In this document: one piece after another, positions 1 to 9,100 of the stretch
Numbering within the stretch: the stretch's first letter is position 1
Layout of the letters: each line of letters starts with the position of its first letter
Source: Tardiphaga sp.
GTDB lineage: Bacteria > Pseudomonadota > Alphaproteobacteria > Rhizobiales > Xanthobacteraceae
NCBI RefSeq assembly: GCF_041424195.1
Contig: NZ_JBGMOE010000190.1
Coordinates: 55,574-119,573 of the forward strand
Direction: 5' to 3'
Length of the DNA: 64,000 nucleotides
Made by a program: the position numbers and the translations under genes
Notes under the pieces: generated by a model
Told to the model about the DNA's origin: nothing
The model's database searches: none
What the model saw: the letters and a program-made list of their open reading frames with translations, nothing else

Positions 1-1
1 G

Positions 2-130
2 AAGGCGACGCGCCTCGCGGTCGTGCGCCGCGGCAAGGTCATCGCCGAGACGCCCGCACGGATTGCCCGACTCGCACTCGATGGCCGCCCCGCATTGGTC
101 GATCCGGCCGCCTACGCGCCACCGACCTGA
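2..130 (+). CDS. 3' end of a cytosine deaminase-like amidohydrolase (partial, runs off the window start)
   Basis: Frame from nt 2 reads KATRLAVVRRGKVIAETPARIARLALDGRPALVDPAAYAPPT*, resembling the C-terminus of alphaproteobacterial CodA-family proteins; stop TGA at 128-130. Confidence 0.55.
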   Translation, partial: KATRLAVVRRGKVIAETPARIARLALDGRPALVDPAAYAPPT

Positions 131-166
131 TATCGTCGGCCTCCTTCCCTCACATCTCCCGGCAGT

Positions 167-1540
167 ATGACATCCTCTCCCCCCAAATCCCTGCGCGTTG
201 CCGTCGTCGGCGGCGGCGTGGCCGGTGCGTTCGCCGGCATCATTCTGGCCAGGCTGCCGCAGATCGGGCCCATCACCGTGCTGGATCGCGATGGCGCCTT
301 CGGGCGCGGGCTCGCCTATTCCGCCAAAGCGAAGTGGCACCGCATCAACGTTCCCGCCTACAAGATGGGCGGGCTCGGCGCCGACGATGACGGCTTTGTC
401 GAATGGCTGACGGAAACCGGTCAGGCGAACTGGCCGGACTACTCGTCGTCTTTCGTTCCCCGCCGAGTCTATGGTGATTACATCTCGACGAAGTTCAACG
501 AACTGACCGCCATCGGGCGTGTGACGCCGCGGCAGGACGTGGCAGTCGCCGTGACGCGCCAAGGCGATGGCTATCGCGTTGCGACCGCATCTGGCGCGAC
601 CATCGACGCCGATCTGGTGTTCCTCTGTCTTGGCAACCAGCCGCCGTCGCCGTTTCCCGGCATCAAGGCATCGCCGCGTTCGATCACCAATGTCTGGGCG
701 CCCGGCGCACTCGATCCCATCGGGGCGGATGATCGCGTGCTGGTCATCGGCACCGGCGCCACCGCGGTCGATGTGGTGATCGATCTCGTCCATCGCGGCA
801 TGCGCGCGCCCATCACGATGGTCTCGCGGCGCGGACTGCTGCCGCTGATCGATGTGCCAGCGGAAATCGATCCCAATCCGATGAACTCATTCCCCGTACC
901 CACCGCACGGGGCCTTCTGGCCGCTCTTCTCAAGGACACCCGCCGCAAGGTGGCCGCGGGGATTCCATGGCAGACCATGGTCGACACGTTTCGACTGTCG
1001 ATTGGTGAACTCTACAGGAACGCCTCCGAAACCGAACGTGCCCGCTTCGCACGGCATCTGCGCGCGATCTGGATGGTGCATCGGCATCGGCTGGCGCCGG
1101 ATGTCGCCGAGCTGCTGCAGCAGTTGCAGCGGGACAAGCGGCTCGACGTGATCGCAGGACGCATCGCCAGCGCGGTCGCGACGACATCAGGCCATGACGT
1201 CAGCATCCGCAAGCGCGGACATGGCGAGACGATCAACCTCGCCACCAACTGGATCCTGAACTGCACCGGCCCCGAAGAGCGCTATGATCGCCTGGGCGAT
1301 CCGCTCATCAAGTCGCTGCTCACAACCGGGCAAGTGCGGACCGGCTTCAACGGCCTCGGCCTCGATGTCGCTCCAACCTGCGAGCTGCGCGACAGCGCCG
1401 GTCATGTTCAGCCCGGCTTCTATGCCATCGGCCACGCCACGCGCGGCGCGTTCTGGGAAGTGACTGCGGCATCCAATATTCGGCGGCAGTTGCTGGCGAT
1501 TGGAGATACGCTGGAGAATTCACCGTCAACCGCGTCGTAG
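167..1540 (+). CDS. FAD/NAD(P)-binding oxidoreductase of unknown function (YdhS/NAD_binding_9-like)
   Basis: 457 aa; two dinucleotide-binding motifs (VAVVGGGVAG, VLVIGTGATA), SRRGLLP and C-terminal TRGAFWEVTA typical of this family. Confidence 0.75.
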   Translation: MTSSPPKSLRVAVVGGGVAGAFAGIILARLPQIGPITVLDRDGAFGRGLAYSAKAKWHRINVPAYKMGGLGADDDGFVEWLTETGQANWPDYSSSFVPRRVYGDYISTKFNELTAIGRVTPRQDVAVAVTRQGDGYRVATASGATIDADLVFLCLGNQPPSPFPGIKASPRSITNVWAPGALDPIGADDRVLVIGTGATAVDVVIDLVHRGMRAPITMVSRRGLLPLIDVPAEIDPNPMNSFPVPTARGLLAALLKDTRRKVAAGIPWQTMVDTFRLSIGELYRNASETERARFARHLRAIWMVHRHRLAPDVAELLQQLQRDKRLDVIAGRIASAVATTSGHDVSIRKRGHGETINLATNWILNCTGPEERYDRLGDPLIKSLLTTGQVRTGFNGLGLDVAPTCELRDSAGHVQPGFYAIGHATRGAFWEVTAASNIRRQLLAIGDTLENSPSTAS

Positions 1541-1587
1541 GATGGGTTTCGCTCCGGCGCTTCGCGCCTTCGCTCTGCCCATCCTAC
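1537..1587. repeat. GTAG-class REP-like palindrome between convergent genes
   Basis: GTAGGATGGG (1537-1546) and its exact reverse complement CCCATCCTAC (1578-1587) enclose a GC-rich inner segment. Confidence 0.7.
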
Positions 1588-1591
1588 AGAC

Positions 1592-2365
1592 TCAGCCCTT
1601 CCGCCACGGCACGATGGCCCGCTCCAGCGCGTCGAAGCCGGCATTCATCACGAAGCCGATGATCGCGATGACGAACAGGCCGACATACATGGTCTGGACG
1701 TCGAACAGCTCCCACGCATTCCAGATCATGTAACCGAGCCCCTGCTTGGCGCCGACCATCTCGGCGATGGCGATCAGCACCAGCCCCATGCCGGCGCCAA
1801 GCTTGATGCCGGTCATGATCAGCGGCAATGCGCCGGGCAGCGCCACGGTGCGGAACATGTTGAAGCGGCTGGCGCCGAAATTGCGGCCGACATCGAGGAA
1901 GATCGGCGCAATCTGGCGCACGCCCGCGGCCGTATTGATGACCACCGGATAGAACACGCCGATCGCCACCATGGCGATCTTGGAACTTTCACCGAGACCG
2001 AAAATCAAGAGCATCAGCGGCAATAGCGAGCTCTTCGGAATCGGATAGGTCGCGGAGATCAGGGGATCGAATGCGGCCCGAACCGGGCGATACAGACCGA
2101 TGGCCAGCCCGATCACGATCGCCGGCACGCAGCCGACGACAAAGCCCACGATGAGGCGATACAGGCTGGCGCCGACATGCCGCCACAGCGCGCCGGATGA
2201 CGCCAGCTCGAACAGATGCTTCACGATATTCGAAGGCGCCGGGAAAAACCTGACATCAACGATACCGGTGCGGGCGCAGATTTCCCACAGGCCGAGCAAT
2301 ACCAGCGGGGACAGGATGCTGATGGTACGGTCGCTCCACAGCGAAGGCGAACGGGCCGAACTCAT
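1592..2365 (-). CDS. NitT/TauT family ABC transporter permease
   Basis: 257 aa, about 6 hydrophobic helices, EAA-like loop (FLDVGRNFGASRFNMFRTVALPGALP); 4-nt overlap with the ATPase gene. Confidence 0.9.
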   Translation of the reverse strand: MSSARSPSLWSDRTISILSPLVLLGLWEICARTGIVDVRFFPAPSNIVKHLFELASSGALWRHVGASLYRLIVGFVVGCVPAIVIGLAIGLYRPVRAAFDPLISATYPIPKSSLLPLMLLIFGLGESSKIAMVAIGVFYPVVINTAAGVRQIAPIFLDVGRNFGASRFNMFRTVALPGALPLIMTGIKLGAGMGLVLIAIAEMVGAKQGLGYMIWNAWELFDVQTMYVGLFVIAIIGFVMNAGFDALERAIVPWRKG

Positions 2366-3192
2366 GCCTTGCTCCCCGGCTCGCGGCTGCGCGCGCGATC
2401 GACCTCTTCACGCAACTGCGCCCAGATGTCATAGACCAGTTCGCCATAGGCCGGTGTGTGCCGGAGTTCGACGACGTTGCGTGGCCGCGGCAGATCGACC
2501 GGCACGATGGTCTTGATACGGCCGGGGCCGGCGGTCATCACCATGATGCGATCGCCCAGCGTCACGGCCTCGTCGACGCTGTGAGTGATGAAGACCACAG
2601 TCTTGCGCGTCTCTTCCCAGATTCGCAGCAGCTCCTCGTGCAGCAGCGTCTTGTTCTGTTCGTCGAGCGCCGAGAACGGCTCGTCCATCAGCAAGATGTC
2701 GGGATCACTGGCGAAGGCGCGCGCGATGGAAACGCGCTGGCGCATGCCGCCGGACAGTTGATGCGGATAGAGCGTCCGCGCGCCATACATGCCGGTCTTG
2801 TTCAGATAATGCCCGACCACATCATCGATCCGCGCCTTCGGAACATTGCGCATCGTCAGGCCATAGGCGGCATTATCCCATACGGTCATCCAGGGAAACA
2901 GCGAGTCCCCCTGAAACACCATGGCGTTCTGCGGATGGCCGGGCTGCGGATCGGCGATGACGATCCGGCCGTCCGATGGCGCATCCAGCCCCGCAAGCAT
3001 ACGCAGCAGAGTCGTCTTGCCGCAGCCGCTCGGGCCGACCACCACGAAGAAGGTGCTGGCCGGGATATCGAGCGTGATCCGGTCCAGCGCCAGCTGCGTA
3101 TCGTGCCGCTTGGTGACGTCGCGCAGGCTGATCTTCGGCGCGGACACTGGCCCGCCATCCCCGATTGCTGCTGTCGACATCTGCACCGCCAT
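2362..3192 (-). CDS. NitT/TauT family ABC transporter ATP-binding protein
   Basis: Walker A GPSGCGKT, signature LSGGMRQR, Walker B LLMDEPFSALD, H-loop FITHS. Confidence 0.92.
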   Translation of the reverse strand: MAVQMSTAAIGDGGPVSAPKISLRDVTKRHDTQLALDRITLDIPASTFFVVVGPSGCGKTTLLRMLAGLDAPSDGRIVIADPQPGHPQNAMVFQGDSLFPWMTVWDNAAYGLTMRNVPKARIDDVVGHYLNKTGMYGARTLYPHQLSGGMRQRVSIARAFASDPDILLMDEPFSALDEQNKTLLHEELLRIWEETRKTVVFITHSVDEAVTLGDRIMVMTAGPGRIKTIVPVDLPRPRNVVELRHTPAYGELVYDIWAQLREEVDRARSREPGSKA

Positions 3193-3214
3193 TGTTACGT
3201 TTTCCCACGCCGTT

Positions 3215-4243
3215 TTACCTGGGCCGCGCGAACGGCCCCAGGTCCGGCTTCAGCGCATTGACATAGGACATATCGACGACCTTGGCAGCCTTGATGTCAC
3301 TGGTGACAAGGCCGCGCGACTTGAAATAAGCGAGATCGGTCTCGACGCTCGGGAGATTGACCTGGCCATCGGGATCGATAAACACCGGCACCATCTGCTG
3401 CAGCAGCGTCATGTCCTTGATCCCCGTCATTTCGGCGATGTCCTTGATCATGCCCTCGGCGCCGGGACCCGCGATCTTGCCGTCCTTCAGCGTCGCGTCA
3501 TAGGCTCGCACGCCGCGCAGATAGGCCTTGAGGAAGGCCGTCACCGTCTTGCGATCCTCGGCGAACTTGCCATTGATCAGCAGCATGGCCGTCTGCTGCA
3601 CCGGATAGAAATCGTCGAGGCCGGCGAAGCGTACGGCGACGCCATTGCGCACCATGGCCGTCACGCCGGGCTCGGCCGAGATCGCCGCATCGATCGCCTT
3701 GTTGGCGAATGCCGTGAGATGCTGCGGGAATGGCAGGAAGATCTTTTCGATATCCTCGTCCTTCAGACCGGCCTTTTTCAGCGCCTGATTGATAACGGAT
3801 TCATCGGCCGCACCATTGGCGATGATCGCGACCTTCTTGCCCTTGAGATCGGCAAGCGACTTGAATGCGCCTGACTCGATCAGGTCCTTGCGGACCATCA
3901 GCGCCTTGTAGCTATAGCCGGCGATATTGGTGCCCTTGTCGGCCACCATTTTCAGCTTGAGACCACGATTGACGGCATTATAGAGCCCGGCCGACGCAGC
4001 CCCTGCGGCGGCGTCCAGATCTCCCGCACCGAGCGGCGCGACCATCTTGGCACCGGAATCGAACGGGATGAGTTCGACCTTGACGCCCTCTTCCTTGAAG
4101 TAGCCGCGCTTCTCGGCGAGGAACAGGCCGATATCGGATGACAGGTTGGTGGTTCCGACCTTGACCGTCTTCATCCCCTGAGCATGCGCACTTCCCATCA
4201 TCGACATCGCAACAGCAGCGACAACAAGCAGACGTTTCAGCAT
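3215..4243 (-). CDS. NMT1/THI5/SsuA-like ABC substrate-binding protein
   Basis: Signal peptide (MLKRLLVVAAVAMSMMGSAHA), LAEKRGYFKEEGVKVEL pattern, position upstream of ATPase and permease. Confidence 0.85.
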   Translation of the reverse strand: MLKRLLVVAAVAMSMMGSAHAQGMKTVKVGTTNLSSDIGLFLAEKRGYFKEEGVKVELIPFDSGAKMVAPLGAGDLDAAAGAASAGLYNAVNRGLKLKMVADKGTNIAGYSYKALMVRKDLIESGAFKSLADLKGKKVAIIANGAADESVINQALKKAGLKDEDIEKIFLPFPQHLTAFANKAIDAAISAEPGVTAMVRNGVAVRFAGLDDFYPVQQTAMLLINGKFAEDRKTVTAFLKAYLRGVRAYDATLKDGKIAGPGAEGMIKDIAEMTGIKDMTLLQQMVPVFIDPDGQVNLPSVETDLAYFKSRGLVTSDIKAAKVVDMSYVNALKPDLGPFARPR

Positions 4244-4294
4244 GATCGGTCCTCTCTATCTCGCATGAAAATGATGGGCAAAACGCGCCGCAGC

Positions 4295-5299
4295 TCAGGG
4301 CAAACGTGGAAACAGACGTCTCGGATTGGTTTCGGTAATCAGTTCGATATCGGCTTTGGAGAAACCCGCAGCCTTGATGCCGGCGAGCGGATCGCGATCC
4401 GCCGGCGGGAACGACTCATCGGTGCCGAGCGCCACGCGTTCGATACCCACTGCATCGGCGAGAAAGCGCAGCGCCTTCGGCGCATGAACGATACTGTCAT
4501 AGCCGATGCGCGACGCGTAGACAGACGGATCGCATTGCGCGACGTCGCCCTGACCCGCACGGTCCATCCGCGCATGCATCACGTCAAAACGGCCCAGCAG
4601 ATACGGGAACGTACCGCCGCCGTGGCTGAGGACGATGGACAAAGCAGGGAAGCGATCGAGCACACCGGAGAACATGATGGAGCCGATGCCGAGCGTGGTG
4701 TCGAATGTGTATTGGGCGATCTGCGTCAGGGCAAATTTTGCGGCGCGCGGCGCGGCATCCACCAGCACGGGATGCAGGATGACCGGCAGTCCCAGCGCTT
4801 CCGCCTTGCTCCAGAACGGATCCAGCGGCTTCTCGCCGATATTGATGCCTTCGATATTGGCGGGGACCATCACAGCCACGGCGCCGAGATCCACGGCGCG
4901 ATCGAGCTCGGCCGCAGCGTCGGCAGCATCGACCAGCGGCACCGATGCGACGAAGGAAAAGCGGTCATTGTTCGTATGGCACCAGTCGCCCAGCGTATCG
5001 TTGAGCATGCGATGCCAATGCGCGCAGGCATCTTTTTGAAGGCCGTAGCCGTAAATATCCGGCCATGTGGCCACCAGTTGCCGGTCGAGACCCTGACGAT
5101 CGAGGCTGGCACGGCGTTGTTCAACAGGCTCGACCAGTTGCGGGAAGAACGGCCGAACCCTGAAACCGTAATCGAAGCCGAGGGCCGGCGGCTTTCCGTT
5201 CCCTGACGGCAGCAGCCTCACGCCGCAATAGGCGCCGCGGCCATCGATCGCGGACAGAAGCTGCGGCGGCACATAATGGGCATGGATATCGATCGGCAC
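4295..5299 (-). CDS. Amidohydrolase_2 family protein (ACMSD/non-oxidative decarboxylase-like)
   Basis: IDIHAH metal motif, ILHP, LSHGGG, GYDS and LGTDESFP motifs. Confidence 0.82.
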   Translation of the reverse strand: MPIDIHAHYVPPQLLSAIDGRGAYCGVRLLPSGNGKPPALGFDYGFRVRPFFPQLVEPVEQRRASLDRQGLDRQLVATWPDIYGYGLQKDACAHWHRMLNDTLGDWCHTNNDRFSFVASVPLVDAADAAAELDRAVDLGAVAVMVPANIEGINIGEKPLDPFWSKAEALGLPVILHPVLVDAAPRAAKFALTQIAQYTFDTTLGIGSIMFSGVLDRFPALSIVLSHGGGTFPYLLGRFDVMHARMDRAGQGDVAQCDPSVYASRIGYDSIVHAPKALRFLADAVGIERVALGTDESFPPADRDPLAGIKAAGFSKADIELITETNPRRLFPRLP

Positions 5300-5308
5300 A
5301 ATCAGTCC

Positions 5309-7603
5309 CTATGCGGCATTGGTCCTGCGCTCGCGCGCATCCTTGATGAGGCGCCACAGACGCGGTGGCGTCAGCGGCAGGTGATGAATCTCCACATGCA
5401 ACGGCGCCAGCGCCGCCGCCACCGCATTGGCCGTCGCTGCGGCCACAGCAACGATGCCGCCCTCGCCCGCGCCCTTGGCGCCGAGCGGGTTGCTCGGCGA
5501 CGGCCGAAGCTCCAGCGTCACCGCGCGCAGCACCGGAAAATCGCTCGCGGTCGGCACCAGATAATCGGCCAGAGAGGCGTTCAGGAGCTGTCCCTGATCG
5601 TCATAGATCAGATGATCGAGAAAAACGCCACCCAGTCCCTGCACGATGGCGCCGATCGCCTGTCCGTGCACGATGGCCGGATTGATGGCACGACCGACAT
5701 CTTCGACCGCGATGTAATCGAGAATTTTCACCGCCCCGGTACGTGGATCGACGGTGACATGCGCCGCATGGGTGCCGTAGCTGTAGGTGCGCACATTGTT
5801 GGAGAATGTGCCGTCTGCCTGCAATTCGCTGTCGGTTGCGAGCGCAGCGAACGACACGGACGCGCCGTTATCGGCGATGACGTTCGCATTGACGATCTTC
5901 AACTCGCTGTTCGGCCTGCCCAGGTGATTGGAGGCACGCTCCAGGATCTTCTCGCGCAGCCGGGTGGCAGCATCGAGCACGGCCGAACCGCCCATCACCA
6001 CCGCGCGCGAATGATACGTGCCGAAGCCTTCATCAAGCAGCGTGGTCGAGCCGTGCAACACGCGTATACGATCGAACGGGAGCGATAGCGTATCCGCCGC
6101 GATCTGGCCGAGCACCGTCTCCAAACCCTGGCCCAGCACGGATGAGCCCACAACAACAGTCAGCGAGCCGTCCCTCTCGAGCGTGACTGCGGCATTTTCC
6201 TTCGGGCCGGCACCGCCGCTTTCGACGAAACAACCGAGCCCGATGCCATGACGTACGCCATCGATCAGTTTGCCCTGCAGATGTCGTTTCTCGGTCCAGC
6301 CGATCTCTTTCAAGGCACGTTCGAAGACCTCGACATAGTCGCCGGTGTCGTAGGATGTCGGCCCTTCATAGGGTACGAGCCCGTCAATGGGATAGGGCAG
6401 CTCCTCTTCGGTAATCAGGTTCTTGCGCCGGAATTCAGCGACGTCGATGCCGAGATCCATCGCCGCCATGTCGATCAACCGCTCGCGAAAGAAATTTGCC
6501 TCGAAGCGGCCCGGACCGCGATAGGTGCCGACCGGCGTCTTGCTGGTCATGAAAGCTTCGACTGACACGCTGACATGGGGGATGCGATAGGGACCAGGCA
6601 GAAACTGCGCCGCCTTGGCCGGCACCACGCCGCCATTGGTGCGGATATAGGCGCCCATATCGGCGAATATCCGGCCGCGCAAACCCAGTATCATTCCGTC
6701 GCTGCGGCAGGCGAGCGACAATTCGCAGGCGACATCGCGTGAGTGATTGATCGCCATCAGATGTTCGCGGCGATCCTCGATCCATTTGACCGGGCGTGCC
6801 AGCTTGCGGGCAGCAAAGGGGATCAGGAAATCCTCGGGATAGAACTCACCACGGACGCCAAAGCCGCCGCCGACATCGATCTCGATCAGATCGATATCCT
6901 CCTGGCGAAGGCCCAGCATCTGCGCCAGCGCGCGGCGGTTATAGAACGTGACCTTTGTCGCGCCCGTGACGACAAGCCGACCGGCCGACGAATTCCATTC
7001 TGCAAGGAGCCCCCGCGTCTCCATGGGCAGCGCCGTGTGGCGCTGCACGCTGAAGCGCTCGGTGCGCACATAGTCCGCCGACGCGAACGCTTTATCTGCA
7101 TTGCCAAATCCGGCATCGTAGCGCAGCGCGACGTTATCTTCGGTGAAGTCGAACAGCGGGGTTGCGCTTGCACCGCGCTCGGTGACTGCCGACAGCGCTT
7201 CAAATTCGATGCCGATCGTCTCCAGCGCGTCCTCGGCCAAAGCGCGGCTGTCAGCAACCACGACAGCAATGGGCTCGCCGACATAGCGCAGCTTGTCGCG
7301 CGCGATCACAGGCTGGCGGAATGGCTCGAATTCGGGCAGCGGCGCCAGGCGAAGCGGGATGATGGGGATGACATCGCCGATATCGCGGGCTGTGATCACA
7401 GAACGAATGCCCGGCATGGCCAGCGCAGCCGATGCATCAATCGCCAGGATACGCGCATGCGCGATCGGGCTACGCAGGATCGCGGCATGCAGCATCCCCT
7501 CGACGGCGAGATCGTCAGCAAAATTGCCGGACCCCGACAGGAAGCGCGCATCCTCCATACGCTCGACCGCGCTGCCAACCAGAAGTTTGGCGACATCGCT
7601 CAT
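5309..7603 (-). CDS. Xanthine dehydrogenase family molybdopterin-binding large subunit (CoxL/CutL-like)
   Basis: 764 aa; VGGGFGVRG, active-site loop TYRGPGR, LGQGLET, HGQAIG and GAKGAGEGG motifs. Confidence 0.9.
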   Translation of the reverse strand: MSDVAKLLVGSAVERMEDARFLSGSGNFADDLAVEGMLHAAILRSPIAHARILAIDASAALAMPGIRSVITARDIGDVIPIIPLRLAPLPEFEPFRQPVIARDKLRYVGEPIAVVVADSRALAEDALETIGIEFEALSAVTERGASATPLFDFTEDNVALRYDAGFGNADKAFASADYVRTERFSVQRHTALPMETRGLLAEWNSSAGRLVVTGATKVTFYNRRALAQMLGLRQEDIDLIEIDVGGGFGVRGEFYPEDFLIPFAARKLARPVKWIEDRREHLMAINHSRDVACELSLACRSDGMILGLRGRIFADMGAYIRTNGGVVPAKAAQFLPGPYRIPHVSVSVEAFMTSKTPVGTYRGPGRFEANFFRERLIDMAAMDLGIDVAEFRRKNLITEEELPYPIDGLVPYEGPTSYDTGDYVEVFERALKEIGWTEKRHLQGKLIDGVRHGIGLGCFVESGGAGPKENAAVTLERDGSLTVVVGSSVLGQGLETVLGQIAADTLSLPFDRIRVLHGSTTLLDEGFGTYHSRAVVMGGSAVLDAATRLREKILERASNHLGRPNSELKIVNANVIADNGASVSFAALATDSELQADGTFSNNVRTYSYGTHAAHVTVDPRTGAVKILDYIAVEDVGRAINPAIVHGQAIGAIVQGLGGVFLDHLIYDDQGQLLNASLADYLVPTASDFPVLRAVTLELRPSPSNPLGAKGAGEGGIVAVAAATANAVAAALAPLHVEIHHLPLTPPRLWRLIKDARERRTNAA

Positions 7604-8097
7604 TGTGCCGCCTCACGTTGTACGTCGCTATAGGCAATACGGGCTTCCATGATCGCCGCGATGATCGGCAGATATCCGGTACAGCGGCAGAGATTGCCGG
7701 AAATCACCTCGCGGATGCGATCCTCATCCGCCTGCGGCTCGTCGGTCAGCAATGCATGGGCAGTTGCGAGAATGCCGGCGGTGCAAAAGCCGCATTGCAA
7801 AGCGTGATGCTTACGGAATGCCAGTTGTAACGCGCCGAGATGCGCAGCGCTGCCGAGCCCCTCAACGGTCGTCACCTCGCACCCTTCCGCCTGCGCCGCC
7901 AGCATCAGGCAGCCGCGCACGGCGGCACCGTCGACGATCACCGTGCAGGCACCGCAGACGCCGTGCTCGCAACCCAGATGCGTTCCGGTCAGGCGGAGTT
8001 CGTTGCGCAGCGCATCCGCCAGCGTAGTGCGCGGCTCGACCGCGACGGTCGCCGCCGCGCCGTTGACGGTGAAATGGACGGGACGCGCGGACGTCAT
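7600..8097 (-). CDS. Xanthine dehydrogenase family 2x[2Fe-2S] small subunit (CoxS-like)
   Basis: GCEHGVCGACTV...GC and QCGFC...GNLCRCTGY cysteine motifs. Confidence 0.93.
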   Translation of the reverse strand: MTSARPVHFTVNGAAATVAVEPRTTLADALRNELRLTGTHLGCEHGVCGACTVIVDGAAVRGCLMLAAQAEGCEVTTVEGLGSAAHLGALQLAFRKHHALQCGFCTAGILATAHALLTDEPQADEDRIREVISGNLCRCTGYLPIIAAIMEARIAYSDVQREAAQ

Positions 8098-8972
8098 GCG
8101 GCCTCCGGCAAGATGATATCGGCCGCACGCGCCAGCGCCCGCTCCAGCAACACACCCAGAAGATCGCGGCGATAGGCGGCTTCCGCGTGGATATCATCGG
8201 CAGGATCGACCGCATCCCGCGCAGCCGTCGCAGCCTGAAGTATCACATCCGCATCAATCCGGCGGCCATTAAGGAGAGCCTCGACACCTGGCAGTCGCGC
8301 TGGACGATCCGCGACGCCGATGACCCCGACATGCGCATCGAAAGCCAGACCTTGCGCATCGATGTCGTAAAATGCTGCGACGCCCGCCAGCGCAAAATCC
8401 CCGCGGCGGCGGGCGAATTCCTCGAAGGCCCAACGCCGTGCCTTCTTCCATGGTGGCAGATGTATACTGGTCACGATCTCGTCGGCCTCCAGAACCGTGC
8501 TGAGCCCGCCGGTAATGAACTCATCCGCGCACACAATGCGGCACCCGTTCGACCCGACGATCGTCAGCATCGCATCGCAGGTCACCGCAATGCCCGGCAT
8601 TTCGGCGGCCGGATCAGCATGGGCCATGCTGCCACCGACGGTACCGCGGTTACGGACCTGGTAATGCGCGACATGGGCAACGGCTGCCGCCAGTAGTGGA
8701 TGCGCCTGCGCGAGCCGCGCATCACGCTCGATATCGCGCCAGGTCACGAGGGCGCCGAAATCGATGCCCTCAGCGGAAATACTGATAGTCTTGAGATCGG
8801 GCAGCCGCCCGATATCAACCAGGACGGTCGGTGCCGCCAGCCGGAATGCGAGCATCGGCATCAGGCTCTGTCCACCCGCGATCACCTTGGCATTGCCACC
8901 GTGGGCCGCGAGTGCGGCAATCGCCTCGGACAGCGTGGCAGCGCAAATATAGTCCAGCGGCGGAAGCTTCAT
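8094..8972 (-). CDS. Xanthine dehydrogenase family FAD-binding medium subunit (CoxM-like)
   Basis: AGGQSL, RNRGTVGGSMAHADPAAE and FARRRGDFA motifs. Confidence 0.92.
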   Translation of the reverse strand: MKLPPLDYICAATLSEAIAALAAHGGNAKVIAGGQSLMPMLAFRLAAPTVLVDIGRLPDLKTISISAEGIDFGALVTWRDIERDARLAQAHPLLAAAVAHVAHYQVRNRGTVGGSMAHADPAAEMPGIAVTCDAMLTIVGSNGCRIVCADEFITGGLSTVLEADEIVTSIHLPPWKKARRWAFEEFARRRGDFALAGVAAFYDIDAQGLAFDAHVGVIGVADRPARLPGVEALLNGRRIDADVILQAATAARDAVDPADDIHAEAAYRRDLLGVLLERALARAADIILPEAA

Positions 8973-8986
8973 GGGCTATTTGCTAC

Positions 8987-9024
8987 TTCTCAATTGCTGA
9001 GAACACCATCTTATCTTATAAGAA
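8987..9024. promoter_or_regulatory. Two tandem 17-bp palindromes, candidate IclR operators in the divergent promoter
   Basis: TTCTCA-ATTGC-TGAGAA (8987-9003, perfect arms) and ATCTTA-TCTTA-TAAGAA (9008-9024) in the AT-rich gap between coxM-like and iclR. Confidence 0.5.
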
Positions 9025-9100
9025 CCACAGCGCAGGGCAATGTTTGTTCGTGCGCAAATCATATCCAGATGCTGCCCGTTCCGATGGCAGGCATTACCGA

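Noticed and set aside
5309-8972. Aerobic carbon monoxide dehydrogenase (gene order M-S-L as in form I cox operons)
   Set aside because: Active-site loop is TYRGPGR, lacking the Cu-binding Cys of AYxCSFR, and no coxDEFG accessory genes are present.
8831-9100. N-terminal extensions given by the ORF track (iclR, and likewise GS, Rieske, reductase, phnK, ruvC, TPR, SGNH, ygfA, ppk2)
   Set aside because: They overlap neighbouring genes or promoters; downstream starts with better RBS or stop-start coupling were used.
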